Source: an uncultured bacterium
GTDB taxonomy: Bacteria > Babelota > Babeliae > Babelales > Vermiphilaceae
Direction: 5' to 3'
Assembly: GCA_963702025.1 (NCBI GenBank)
Contig: OY969699.1
Location: 126,873-158,872, forward strand
DNA length: 32,000 bases
Shown: piece after piece, positions 24,773 through 32,000 of the stretch
Numbering within the stretch: position 1 is the first letter of the stretch
Layout of the letters: each line of letters starts with the position of its first letter
Made by a program: the position numbers and the translations under genes
The notes under the pieces: generated by a model
What the model was told of the DNA's origin: nothing
What the model saw: the letters and a program-made list of their open reading frames with translations, nothing else
Databases searched by the model: none

Positions 24773-25432
24773 ATGTACTCAGCACTTATTTTTGATCTTG
24801 ATGGCACAATCATTAATACAGAAAATATGTGGGCAGACGCCACCAAACAAATGCTAACTATGCGGGGAATTAATTATACAAACGAGCTGCGGCATAACAT
24901 TCACAATAAAGTGCATGGGTTGCCCCCAATAACAGCATGCGCTCTGCTAAAAGAGATGTTGGCCTTACCCGAATCTCCCGAAGAGCTTGCCAAAGAAAAA
25001 GCAGAGCAGGCGTATAAGTTGTTTGTAGGGAATATTCATTTAATTTCCGGTTTTACCGAATGTTATAAACAAGCTCAACAGCTGCAGTTTAAAATGGCCA
25101 TAGCAACTAATTGCCATTTACGCTTTGTGGAACTTGCCGATAGTCAAGTTCAATTACGCTCATATTTTAATGAACATATTTACTGTCCTGATCATGTTAA
25201 TGATATTTCAAAACCGGATCCAACACTCTATCTGCATGCAGCGCAACAGTTAGAGGTAAATCCCGCACAGTGCATTGCTATCGAAGATTCAGCGGCAGGT
25301 ATACAAGCAGCGAAAAAAGCCGGCATGTATTGCATCGGCATTAATACCGCACAGAATCGTATGAATCTTGCGGATGCCGATGAAATTGTTGAAAATTATG
25401 CGGAGATACATTTACAGAAGTTTTTAATTTGA
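24773..25432 (+). CDS. HAD-superfamily phosphatase (beta-phosphoglucomutase-like subfamily)
   Basis: ATG at 24773 (MYSALIFDLDGTIINTE = HAD motif I DxDGT). Motif II IATN, motif III KPDP, and motif IV EDSAAGIQAAKKAGM. Confidence 0.85.
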   Translation: MYSALIFDLDGTIINTENMWADATKQMLTMRGINYTNELRHNIHNKVHGLPPITACALLKEMLALPESPEELAKEKAEQAYKLFVGNIHLISGFTECYKQAQQLQFKMAIATNCHLRFVELADSQVQLRSYFNEHIYCPDHVNDISKPDPTLYLHAAQQLEVNPAQCIAIEDSAAGIQAAKKAGMYCIGINTAQNRMNLADADEIVENYAEIHLQKFLI

Positions 25433-25640
25433 AGACAGCTTCTAATACTTCCAGAAATAAAAAAAATTTATTGTATGCTAATCATATTGTTGATTCTTAC
25501 GAGCAAATAAGTATGCAAAACCACTCTGAAATTAATTTTTTCGATTTATGGATTGACATTATGAGAAAATCATAGTTATAGCAAACTTCTTTAAATAACA
25601 AACAGATATGCTAAGATTTCTTCAAACTTAAGGAGAAAGT

Positions 25641-26012
25641 ATGGCACTTGGCATAGATTTAAGAAAACGAGTAATAGCTGCAGTAGATGATGGAATGCGT
25701 ATAACTGATGTGGCTAAATTATTCAAAGTTGGGCGAAACGCAATTTATAACTGGCTTAAGTTGCGCCAAGAAGTGAATAGCCTTGCGCCAAAATCCGGCT
25801 ATCAGAATGGACACAGTCATAAAATTACTGATTGGGAAAAATTTAAAGAATTTGCAAAAGAAAACCAACATTTTACTTCATTAAAAATGGCGATTGAGTG
25901 GGAAAAAATTACAAATGTTTGCATATCGGATATCACGATACAACGAGCACTTAAAAAAATTGGTTACACATCAAAAAAAAACTTTTGGTTACATCGAAGC
26001 GAATGCAGATAA
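25641..26012 (+). CDS. IS630-family transposase, N-terminal HTH part (orfA)
   Basis: AAGGAG RBS. The helix-turn-helix-like GIDLRKRVIAAVDDGMRITDVAKLFKVGRNAIYNWLK is typical of IS630 transposase N-termini. The frame ends shortly after the A9 tract at 25973-25981. Confidence 0.75.
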   Translation: MALGIDLRKRVIAAVDDGMRITDVAKLFKVGRNAIYNWLKLRQEVNSLAPKSGYQNGHSHKITDWEKFKEFAKENQHFTSLKMAIEWEKITNVCISDITIQRALKKIGYTSKKNFWLHRSECR

Positions 26013-26523
26013 ACGCAAACAATTTTTAGAAGAAATAGAAAATATCGATCCTGCGCTCATTGTCTATTCTGATGAAACGGGAATCGACGATAATGAAGTG
26101 CCAAATGCTGGCTGGGCGCCAGAGGGCGAGCGATGCCACGCAATAAAAAAAGCTGAGAGAATAACGCGCTATAATATCACCGCTGCGCTGAATTTAAATT
26201 TATTATTTGCGCCATTTTTATTTGAAGGATATTCAACTGCTGATACTTATGAAACTTACGTGGAACAAGTTTTAGCTCCTGCATTAAAGCCTGGAATGGT
26301 TGTTGTAATCGATAATGCCAGCTTCCACAAATCTAAAAAAGTAGTTGAACTCATTGAAGCAGTTGGTTGTAGAATCATTTTTTTACCACCATATTCTCCA
26401 GATTTTAACCCAATAGAACATCGATGGGCTACTGTCAAAAATGCGATTCGAAAGGCCGCAGAGGGAATAAAAGATTTTTATGAGGCCGCAGTCAAAACAT
26501 TGGGAGAAATGTGTGAGGCCTAG
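25894..26523 (+). CDS. IS630-family transposase, DDE catalytic part (orfB, reached only by a frameshift at the A9 tract)
   Basis: DETGID, VIDNASFHKS and LPPYSPDFNPIEHRWATVK form a DD(34-35)E-type triad context. The continuous protein ...IGYTSKK(K)TFGYIEANADKRKQF needs a +1 shift (or A8/A11 in the transcript) at 25973-25981. Confidence 0.75.
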   Translation: MSGKKLQMFAYRISRYNEHLKKLVTHQKKTFGYIEANADKRKQFLEEIENIDPALIVYSDETGIDDNEVPNAGWAPEGERCHAIKKAERITRYNITAALNLNLLFAPFLFEGYSTADTYETYVEQVLAPALKPGMVVVIDNASFHKSKKVVELIEAVGCRIIFLPPYSPDFNPIEHRWATVKNAIRKAAEGIKDFYEAAVKTLGEMCEA

Positions 26524-26731
26524 TGAAGCTCGCTATAGGTTAATTTTATAAATTTAATAAAGGAGTTGCAACGTGAAAAAAATAATGATATCACTCACTC
26601 ACTAGTGGTATCCTTTCTGATTGTTTTTCTTTCTTTGTGTTCACATCTGCATTCAAAAATAATGATTTTATAAATCCAACAAACAACTAATAACTATTTA
26701 AATAACAATAACCCTTTTTTAAAGGAGAGGT

Positions 26732-28258
26732 ATGCTAAAAATACCAATACCAAAAAAAATATGCCTTAGCTTGGCGCTTTTGCTTTCAAGCGCTTTAGCT
26801 CTGGCCGATTATTGTCCGGATTACGAGTGCTGCGCACCAGACGAAATTCAATGCCCGAGCAACATTGTTCACCCCAAAACATTTTTCAGTCCACGCCAAA
26901 TCACCTTTGATGCAACATACGAGCTTGCGCTTACCAACTATGATGTTTACCATCCCTTAGATTGTGGTGAATGCGGTTATGGATTGCATCTTTATGCAAC
27001 GCCTTTTTATGAGCAATCAAAAAAATCATGTCGCCTTGCTCGTTATTTCTTGCCGGATGGCAAATGCGCAATTAACGTGAAACAAGATGGCACCGGTGAC
27101 GTTGATCCATTATGGCTCGGTTTGGTGGGAGTTCCGGGAAGTCCGTACAGTTCAATTTTTGGTCTAAAGCCACAACGCAAAGCATACGGCGCTGTTTTTA
27201 ATGCACGTATTGATTTAGGCGCTTGGTCGGATTGCCTGTGCAATTATTGGATTTGGATCAATACTGCAGTTGTGCAGGCCAAACACAATATGCATGTGTG
27301 TGAAGTTCCGGCAACCCAAGATACGTGTGTTGCTGGTGCTGACATGTGTACGGCACTTAATAACCCTTCCTGGACCGCAGGAAAAATTGCTTGTGAATCA
27401 AGAAAAAGAACGGGCCTTGACGATATACAAATAAAACTTGGTTACGATTGGTATTATTGCGGATGCGATCAAGATAGCCACATTGCTCCCTACCTTATTG
27501 GCGGAATTCCGACCGGAAAACGACCAAAATCAGAATATTTATTTGAACCGTTAGTTGGCAGCAAGCATGGTAGCTTTGGCGCCGGTCTGAATGCTGACGC
27601 AAACATTTGGGCATGCAATGATGCATCAATTGTTTGGATGATGGATTTTAAATATCGGTATATTTTCAAAGCCCGTGAACGGCGCTCATTTGATCTATGC
27701 GCCAATGGAGATTGGTCACGGTATTTATTGCTGGCAAGTAGCACCGATCCAATAACACCGATTCCGGCGATTAATATTCTCACTACTGAGGTGCATGTTA
27801 CGCCACGCAGCGAAGTAAACTTCTGGACCGCGTTACATTACGCATACTGCAATTATGGCTTTGAATTTGGCTACAATCTCTGGTACCGTCAACGTGAAAA
27901 AGTACGATTAGATGTCCCTCCTGCAATTGCCAATCTGGGAATTTATGATCTTGCCGGTGCAGCAGTACTTAATCCCGTTTCAGCAAGCACGGCAAATATT
28001 TCCCAATCAATCGGTGGCAGCAATCCGGTGGTCAGCGATCCAACGTTTGTAACACTTACTCTGGCAAATCTCAATCTGGAATCCGCGGAACATCCCCGCG
28101 CGGTAACGCACAAAGTTTATGCGGGCGGAGATTATCGCTGCTGCTGGTGCCAAAACGAAGTATTGCTCGGCCTGGTTGGATCCTATGAATTTACCGGCAC
28201 TAAGCGCACTGCGCTGCAACAATGGGCAATCTTTGGAAAATTGGGCATTTCTTTTTAA
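26732..28258 (+). CDS. large cysteine-rich outer-membrane beta-barrel protein (508 aa)
   Basis: GGAGAGG RBS. Signal peptide ...LLLSSALALA. Cys cluster DYCPDYECCAPDEIQCP and many further Cys residues. Alternating aromatic/hydrophobic strands. C-terminal FGKLGISF with terminal Phe. Confidence 0.7.
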   Translation: MLKIPIPKKICLSLALLLSSALALADYCPDYECCAPDEIQCPSNIVHPKTFFSPRQITFDATYELALTNYDVYHPLDCGECGYGLHLYATPFYEQSKKSCRLARYFLPDGKCAINVKQDGTGDVDPLWLGLVGVPGSPYSSIFGLKPQRKAYGAVFNARIDLGAWSDCLCNYWIWINTAVVQAKHNMHVCEVPATQDTCVAGADMCTALNNPSWTAGKIACESRKRTGLDDIQIKLGYDWYYCGCDQDSHIAPYLIGGIPTGKRPKSEYLFEPLVGSKHGSFGAGLNADANIWACNDASIVWMMDFKYRYIFKARERRSFDLCANGDWSRYLLLASSTDPITPIPAINILTTEVHVTPRSEVNFWTALHYAYCNYGFEFGYNLWYRQREKVRLDVPPAIANLGIYDLAGAAVLNPVSASTANISQSIGGSNPVVSDPTFVTLTLANLNLESAEHPRAVTHKVYAGGDYRCCWCQNEVLLGLVGSYEFTGTKRTALQQWAIFGKLGISF

Positions 28259-28276
28259 CCTGAAAAGGACTGAGAT

Positions 28277-30607
28277 ATGAGCATACTTAATCGAAGGGCA
28301 TTTACATTTCTATTTATTTTAGCGACAGGGCTTGATTTAATTACCGCAAAAATAGAAGCAGTGTCACCATGTTTTGGAAATCTATATGATGTAATTATCG
28401 TTGGTGCAGGGAATGCTGGATCTGTACTTGCAAATCGTTTAACGGAAGATCCTACTGTCAATGTGCTTGTTATTGAAGCCGGCCGTGACGACACTCGAAA
28501 AGCTCCGCTCCTTCCTATTGATTTGCCTAATCCTATGCCAAATAAGGCAAATAATTTGTGGTCAAGTTTACCGCGTTTCGGGGCTGCCCTTTATGGCGCT
28601 AACATAGCGCAAGCTTTTGATGGTTGGCAATTTACTCCACTGCTTCGCGATGATCCAACCAGTAGATATATTTTTTACCCGCGGGGATCCTCATGGGGCG
28701 GATGTACAATACATAATGCAGATATTGCGCTGCGCGGGCATTTTTACGTTTACGATGAATGGGATGCTCTCGTGGGCAATCCTGGCATATGGACCTACGA
28801 TGATCTGATTCCCTATTTTCAAAAACTGGAAAACCGTGGCCAGCACCGTGCTCCTTTTGATGCATTGAATCCTGGCGGTCTTTATTTCAATCCTGCGCAG
28901 CCGCCCAATACCCTTGGTGACTTTGATCCGGCTACTCAAGGGATTGGAGGACCCGTATCATTACTTTGGTTCACTTTCACCATTGATCCATTGTCTACCG
29001 CTTTACAACAGTCATTAGCTTTAAATACCTATCCTGGATCTCCAATACCTATTAATGTGGATCCTGATAACCAAACCAATACACAATGGATGACAGGAGC
29101 CCCATTTACCTTTTATGATCAGTACGGTTCAGATTTTTCATCGCTCAACCCATATAACTCATATTTGGCATTTCCCCCAGGGTTTGGTCCGCTTACTGGT
29201 TCCATTCCGCGTCTCCAGCGTGTGCATGCAGCTGCTTCATATTTATATCCTATTCTTCCGGGTGGTGCAACGCCGCGCTCTAATCTCACTATTATTTCCG
29301 AAGCATTGGTTACTAAGATTATTTTTGATGAGCAAAACAGAGCGATTGGTGTCCAGTATCTAGAAAGTAATACGGGAACGCCAACGGGCACATGGAATGT
29401 TTATCAAACCGGCCGACAAATGAATACCTCTCGCGCGGGTGTCGGTGGCACTCCACCAGATGCAACAGCAAATGCAGCAGTTGCATTAAAAGCAGGACCA
29501 AAAATTGCCCGCGCAACAAAAGAGGTAATTCTGTGCGGTGGAACATTTAATTCTCCCCAAATATTATTACTTTCTGGTGTTGGCCCTGCGGCTGATTTAG
29601 AAGCTTTAGGAATTCCCGTTGTTGCAGATTTGCCTGGGGTAGGACAACATCTTATCGATCACCCGGGGATAGATATTGTGTGGAATCATAATACCCCTTA
29701 TGATTCTCTTGCCGATGTTAATCTTGGTCAATTACCACTCATTCTTAATTATTTTCTTGATTTTAAATCAACCGCTGCGCAGCCATTTGGTGACTTTGTT
29801 GCCGATTTCTACCCAGGGGGAGTAACTTCATCATGGAGTGGAATAAGTGACTTTATGGATACTTTTTCCCCAACACTTTCCCCGAATTCAGCTCCTGGAA
29901 ATGCGCGGTATGATGGTCCACCGCAATTTATTTATCCATGGGTATTTAGTAATGAAGATGGCACTAACTCAAATCAACGGTATGATCCGCCACTGCTTGC
30001 AACTATTAATGCCGCCATTCTTTTAGAAATGAGGGGCAATATTCAATCGACCGGTTTCTTACAATTGCAAAGTGCTGATCCTACCGTTCAGCCGTATATT
30101 GTAATGAATTACTTGTTAGAACCTGCAGATATGCAAGCCTATATCAATGCCTTTACTGGTACTATTGCTCCATTGGTACAAAATCTTGGCGCTCTCACAC
30201 CAAGCTACTTTAGCTCATGGGTTGCACCGGGAACTGCTGATTTCTTAACCCCCGCTACAGATACAACATTGAATGCGGATCTTTCTAATTTCAATCAACC
30301 GGCATTTGAATCATGGCTATTAGACCACGTTTGGGGTCATCATGCTTCAGGAACGTGCAAGATGGGGCTTTTGTCTTCAGATCCAATGGCAGTTGTCGAT
30401 GCGGATTTACATGTTTACGGTGTGCAACGGGTGCGGGTAGTTGATTGCTCCGTATTCCCTGTTATGCCTACAGCAAATACTCAAATACCTGCCTATGTAT
30501 TAGCTGAACGCGCTGCAGATCTCATTAAAGCAGATTTACCATCAATTGTTCCAATAACATCTGTTAATCCTTTGGTTGATGCTCTTATAGCTACTTACGG
30601 TAGTTGA
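28277..30607 (+). CDS. secreted GMC-family FAD oxidoreductase, unusually long (776 aa)
   Basis: Signal peptide MSILNRRAFTFLFILATGLDLITA. FAD fold YDVIIVGAGNAGSVLANRLTEDPTVNVLVIEAG. Also GGTFNSPQILLLSGVGP. C-terminal GMC signature HHASGTCKMG...VVDCSVFPVMPTANTQIPAYVLAERAADLI. It starts 18 nt after the OMP gene. Confidence 0.85.
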   Translation: MSILNRRAFTFLFILATGLDLITAKIEAVSPCFGNLYDVIIVGAGNAGSVLANRLTEDPTVNVLVIEAGRDDTRKAPLLPIDLPNPMPNKANNLWSSLPRFGAALYGANIAQAFDGWQFTPLLRDDPTSRYIFYPRGSSWGGCTIHNADIALRGHFYVYDEWDALVGNPGIWTYDDLIPYFQKLENRGQHRAPFDALNPGGLYFNPAQPPNTLGDFDPATQGIGGPVSLLWFTFTIDPLSTALQQSLALNTYPGSPIPINVDPDNQTNTQWMTGAPFTFYDQYGSDFSSLNPYNSYLAFPPGFGPLTGSIPRLQRVHAAASYLYPILPGGATPRSNLTIISEALVTKIIFDEQNRAIGVQYLESNTGTPTGTWNVYQTGRQMNTSRAGVGGTPPDATANAAVALKAGPKIARATKEVILCGGTFNSPQILLLSGVGPAADLEALGIPVVADLPGVGQHLIDHPGIDIVWNHNTPYDSLADVNLGQLPLILNYFLDFKSTAAQPFGDFVADFYPGGVTSSWSGISDFMDTFSPTLSPNSAPGNARYDGPPQFIYPWVFSNEDGTNSNQRYDPPLLATINAAILLEMRGNIQSTGFLQLQSADPTVQPYIVMNYLLEPADMQAYINAFTGTIAPLVQNLGALTPSYFSSWVAPGTADFLTPATDTTLNADLSNFNQPAFESWLLDHVWGHHASGTCKMGLLSSDPMAVVDADLHVYGVQRVRVVDCSVFPVMPTANTQIPAYVLAERAADLIKADLPSIVPITSVNPLVDALIATYGS

Positions 30608-30625
30608 AATATTTTCATAGTAAAA

Positions 30626-30666
30626 AAGAAGGCCTTACCTTGCAAATCGCAAGGCCTTCTTTTTTA
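30626..30666 (+). terminator. rho-independent terminator after the first GMC gene
   Basis: AAGAAGGCCTT...AAGGCCTTCTT hairpin followed by TTTTTT. Confidence 0.75.
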
Positions 30667-30739
30667 TTATGACACACGTTTACAGAATAAATTTTCTTAG
30701 TAGCCAGAGAACAATATTAGTTTTAAAAAAGGATAAGAT

Positions 30740-32000
30740 ATGAGCATATTTAATCGAAAGGCATTTACGTTTCTGCATATTTTAGTAGTAGCTTTTAATC
30801 TCGCTACCGCAAGAATAGAGGCAATGTCATCGTGTTCTGAAAGTCTATATGATGTTATTATCGTTGGGGCAGGGAATGCGGGATCTGTGCTCGCTAACCG
30901 TCTAACTGAAGATCCTACAATCCAAGTACTTGTTATTGAAGCCGGACGCGATGACACTCGGGAAGCACCGCTTCTTCCCCTTGATTTGCCCAATCCTATG
31001 CCAAATAAATCAAATAATTTATGGTCGAGCCTTCCTCGGTTTGGGGCTTCGCTTTTCGCCGCTAACCAGGCGCAAGGCTTTGTTGGTTGGCAATTTGCCC
31101 CACTTCTGAGGGATGATCCGACCGCCAGGTATGTTATTTATTTCCGTGGATCTTCATTTGGTGGATGCACAATAAATAATGGCACTATTGCATTGCGTGG
31201 ACATTCTTATGTGTATGATGAATGGGATGCTCTAGTGGGCAATCCTGGCATATGGACCTACAATGATCTGATTCCTTATTTTATAAAAATGGAAAACCGT
31301 GGCCAGCATCGTTCTCCCGATGATGCACTAAACCCTGGCGGGTTATATTTCAATCCGGCACAGCCACCCAATACACTTGGTGATTTTGATCCCGCTACTC
31401 AGGGGATAGGAGGCCCAGTATCTTTACTTTGGAATACCTTTACCGTTGATCCATTATCCACCGCATTAGCAACTGCGTTGACTAGTAATCTCTACCCTGG
31501 ATCACCAATACCGGTTAACGTAGATCCCGATAACCAAACCAATACGCAATATCTTACCGGGGCACCATTTACAAATTATGATCAATATGGTGCAGATTTT
31601 CCATCGCTCAATCCATATACAACACTATTATCATTCCCTCCCGGGTTTGGTCCATTTACTGGGGAAGTTCCACGCACCGAGCGTATGCATGCGGCTGGTT
31701 CATATTTGTATCCGATTCTTCCTGGTGGTTCAAATCCGCGCCCTAATCTTACTATTATTTCTGAAGCATTGGTCACTAAGATTATTTTTGATAATCAAAA
31801 CAGAGCGATTGGTGTCCAGTATCTGGAAAGTAACACCGGAACGCCAACAGGCACTTGGAATATCTATCAGACTGGCCGACAAATGAATACCTCTCGTGCG
31901 GGGGTTGGTGGCGCCCCAACTAATGCAACAGCAAATGCAGCAGTTGCTCTAGCAGCAGGACCAAAAGTTGCACGGGCGGCAAAAGAGGTAATTTTGTGTG
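30740..32000 (+). CDS. second secreted GMC-family oxidoreductase paralog (3' end outside the window)
   Basis: Not in the ORF track because no stop is reached. I translated it by hand from the ATG at 30740 and the frame is open to 32000. It reads MSIFNRKAFTFLHILVVAFNLATA...YDVIIVGAGNAGSVLANRLTEDPTIQVLVIEAG... and is collinear with 28277-30607. Confidence 0.85.
   Translation, partial: MSIFNRKAFTFLHILVVAFNLATARIEAMSSCSESLYDVIIVGAGNAGSVLANRLTEDPTIQVLVIEAGRDDTREAPLLPLDLPNPMPNKSNNLWSSLPRFGASLFAANQAQGFVGWQFAPLLRDDPTARYVIYFRGSSFGGCTINNGTIALRGHSYVYDEWDALVGNPGIWTYNDLIPYFIKMENRGQHRSPDDALNPGGLYFNPAQPPNTLGDFDPATQGIGGPVSLLWNTFTVDPLSTALATALTSNLYPGSPIPVNVDPDNQTNTQYLTGAPFTNYDQYGADFPSLNPYTTLLSFPPGFGPFTGEVPRTERMHAAGSYLYPILPGGSNPRPNLTIISEALVTKIIFDNQNRAIGVQYLESNTGTPTGTWNIYQTGRQMNTSRAGVGGAPTNATANAAVALAAGPKVARAAKEVILC

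Larger units (their letters stand above)
25577..26537 (+). mobile_element. IS630/Tc1-mariner-family insertion sequence (boundaries tentative)
   Basis: Two overlapping transposase ORFs. Short imperfect terminal inverted repeats TAGCAAACTTC (25579-25589) / GAAGCTCGCTA (26525-26535), each flanked by TA, the typical IS630 target duplication. Confidence 0.6.

Noticed and set aside
14818-25432. Long N-terminal extensions in the ORF track (for example 14818, 17311/21089, 23000, 24680, and also 1488, 4771, 8254, 9262, 12325).
   Set aside because: These begin at TTG/GTG codons without an RBS, and some lie inside terminator hairpins or the preceding gene. Internal ATGs with an AGGA/GGAG-type RBS and sensible N-termini (signal peptides, conserved domain starts) were preferred.
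26573-26605. Mini-ORF GTG-AAA-AAA-ATA-ATG-ATA-TCA-CTC-ACT-CAC-TAG (10 aa), preceded by AAAGGAG, just right of the IS element and upstream of the 508-aa OMP gene.
   Set aside because: It might be a leader peptide or the stump of a gene cut by the IS. It is too short to support, and the apparent RBS could be chance in AT/purine-rich DNA.
28255-30993. Conserved antisense ORFs over the 5' ends of both GMC genes (28255-28494 and 30697-30993).
   Set aside because: Their similarity reflects the conserved FAD-binding motif on the sense strand. They are shadow ORFs.

Overview
AT-rich bacterial chromosomal segment. The diderm envelope genes and gene content (ankyrin protein, many signal-peptide proteins, a cysteine-rich outer-membrane protein (OMP) family, palindromic MITE-like repeats) suggest a host-associated or intracellular lineage. 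A Dependentiae/TM6- or Chlamydia/Legionella-like lifestyle is only a guess. Housekeeping blocks: two tandem ndk genes, an efp-nusB operon, glyA, and a riboflavin operon ribD-ribE-ribBA-ribH followed by a HAD phosphatase. Between them lie envelope and secreted-protein genes. There are five consecutive minus-strand paralogs of a Cys-rich beta-barrel OMP (7.4-12.3 kb) and two more copies on the plus strand. There is also a GT2 glycosyltransferase, an FkbM methyltransferase, a DOT1-like methyltransferase with a signal anchor, an ankyrin protein, a 508-aa Cys-rich OMP followed by two tandem unusually long secreted GMC oxidoreductases, and one frameshifted IS630-family element. The most striking structure is a ~3.8-kb tandem duplication (14260-18050 / 18051-21829). 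Each unit contains a MITE-like repeat, operator-like palindromes, a (CA)n microsatellite, a secreted ~484-aa protein, a Cys-rich OMP, a GMC gene relic and the 5' part of ribD. The unit flanks are nucleotide-identical, but the core (mature secreted protein) is strongly diverged. The (CA)n tract differs (11 vs 8 units), and the junction truncates one ribD copy. I recognised no rRNA, tRNA, CRISPR array or FMN riboswitch. Many ORF-track entries are antisense shadows or translations of repeats. Several real genes start at an internal ATG downstream of the TTG/GTG start used by the track.
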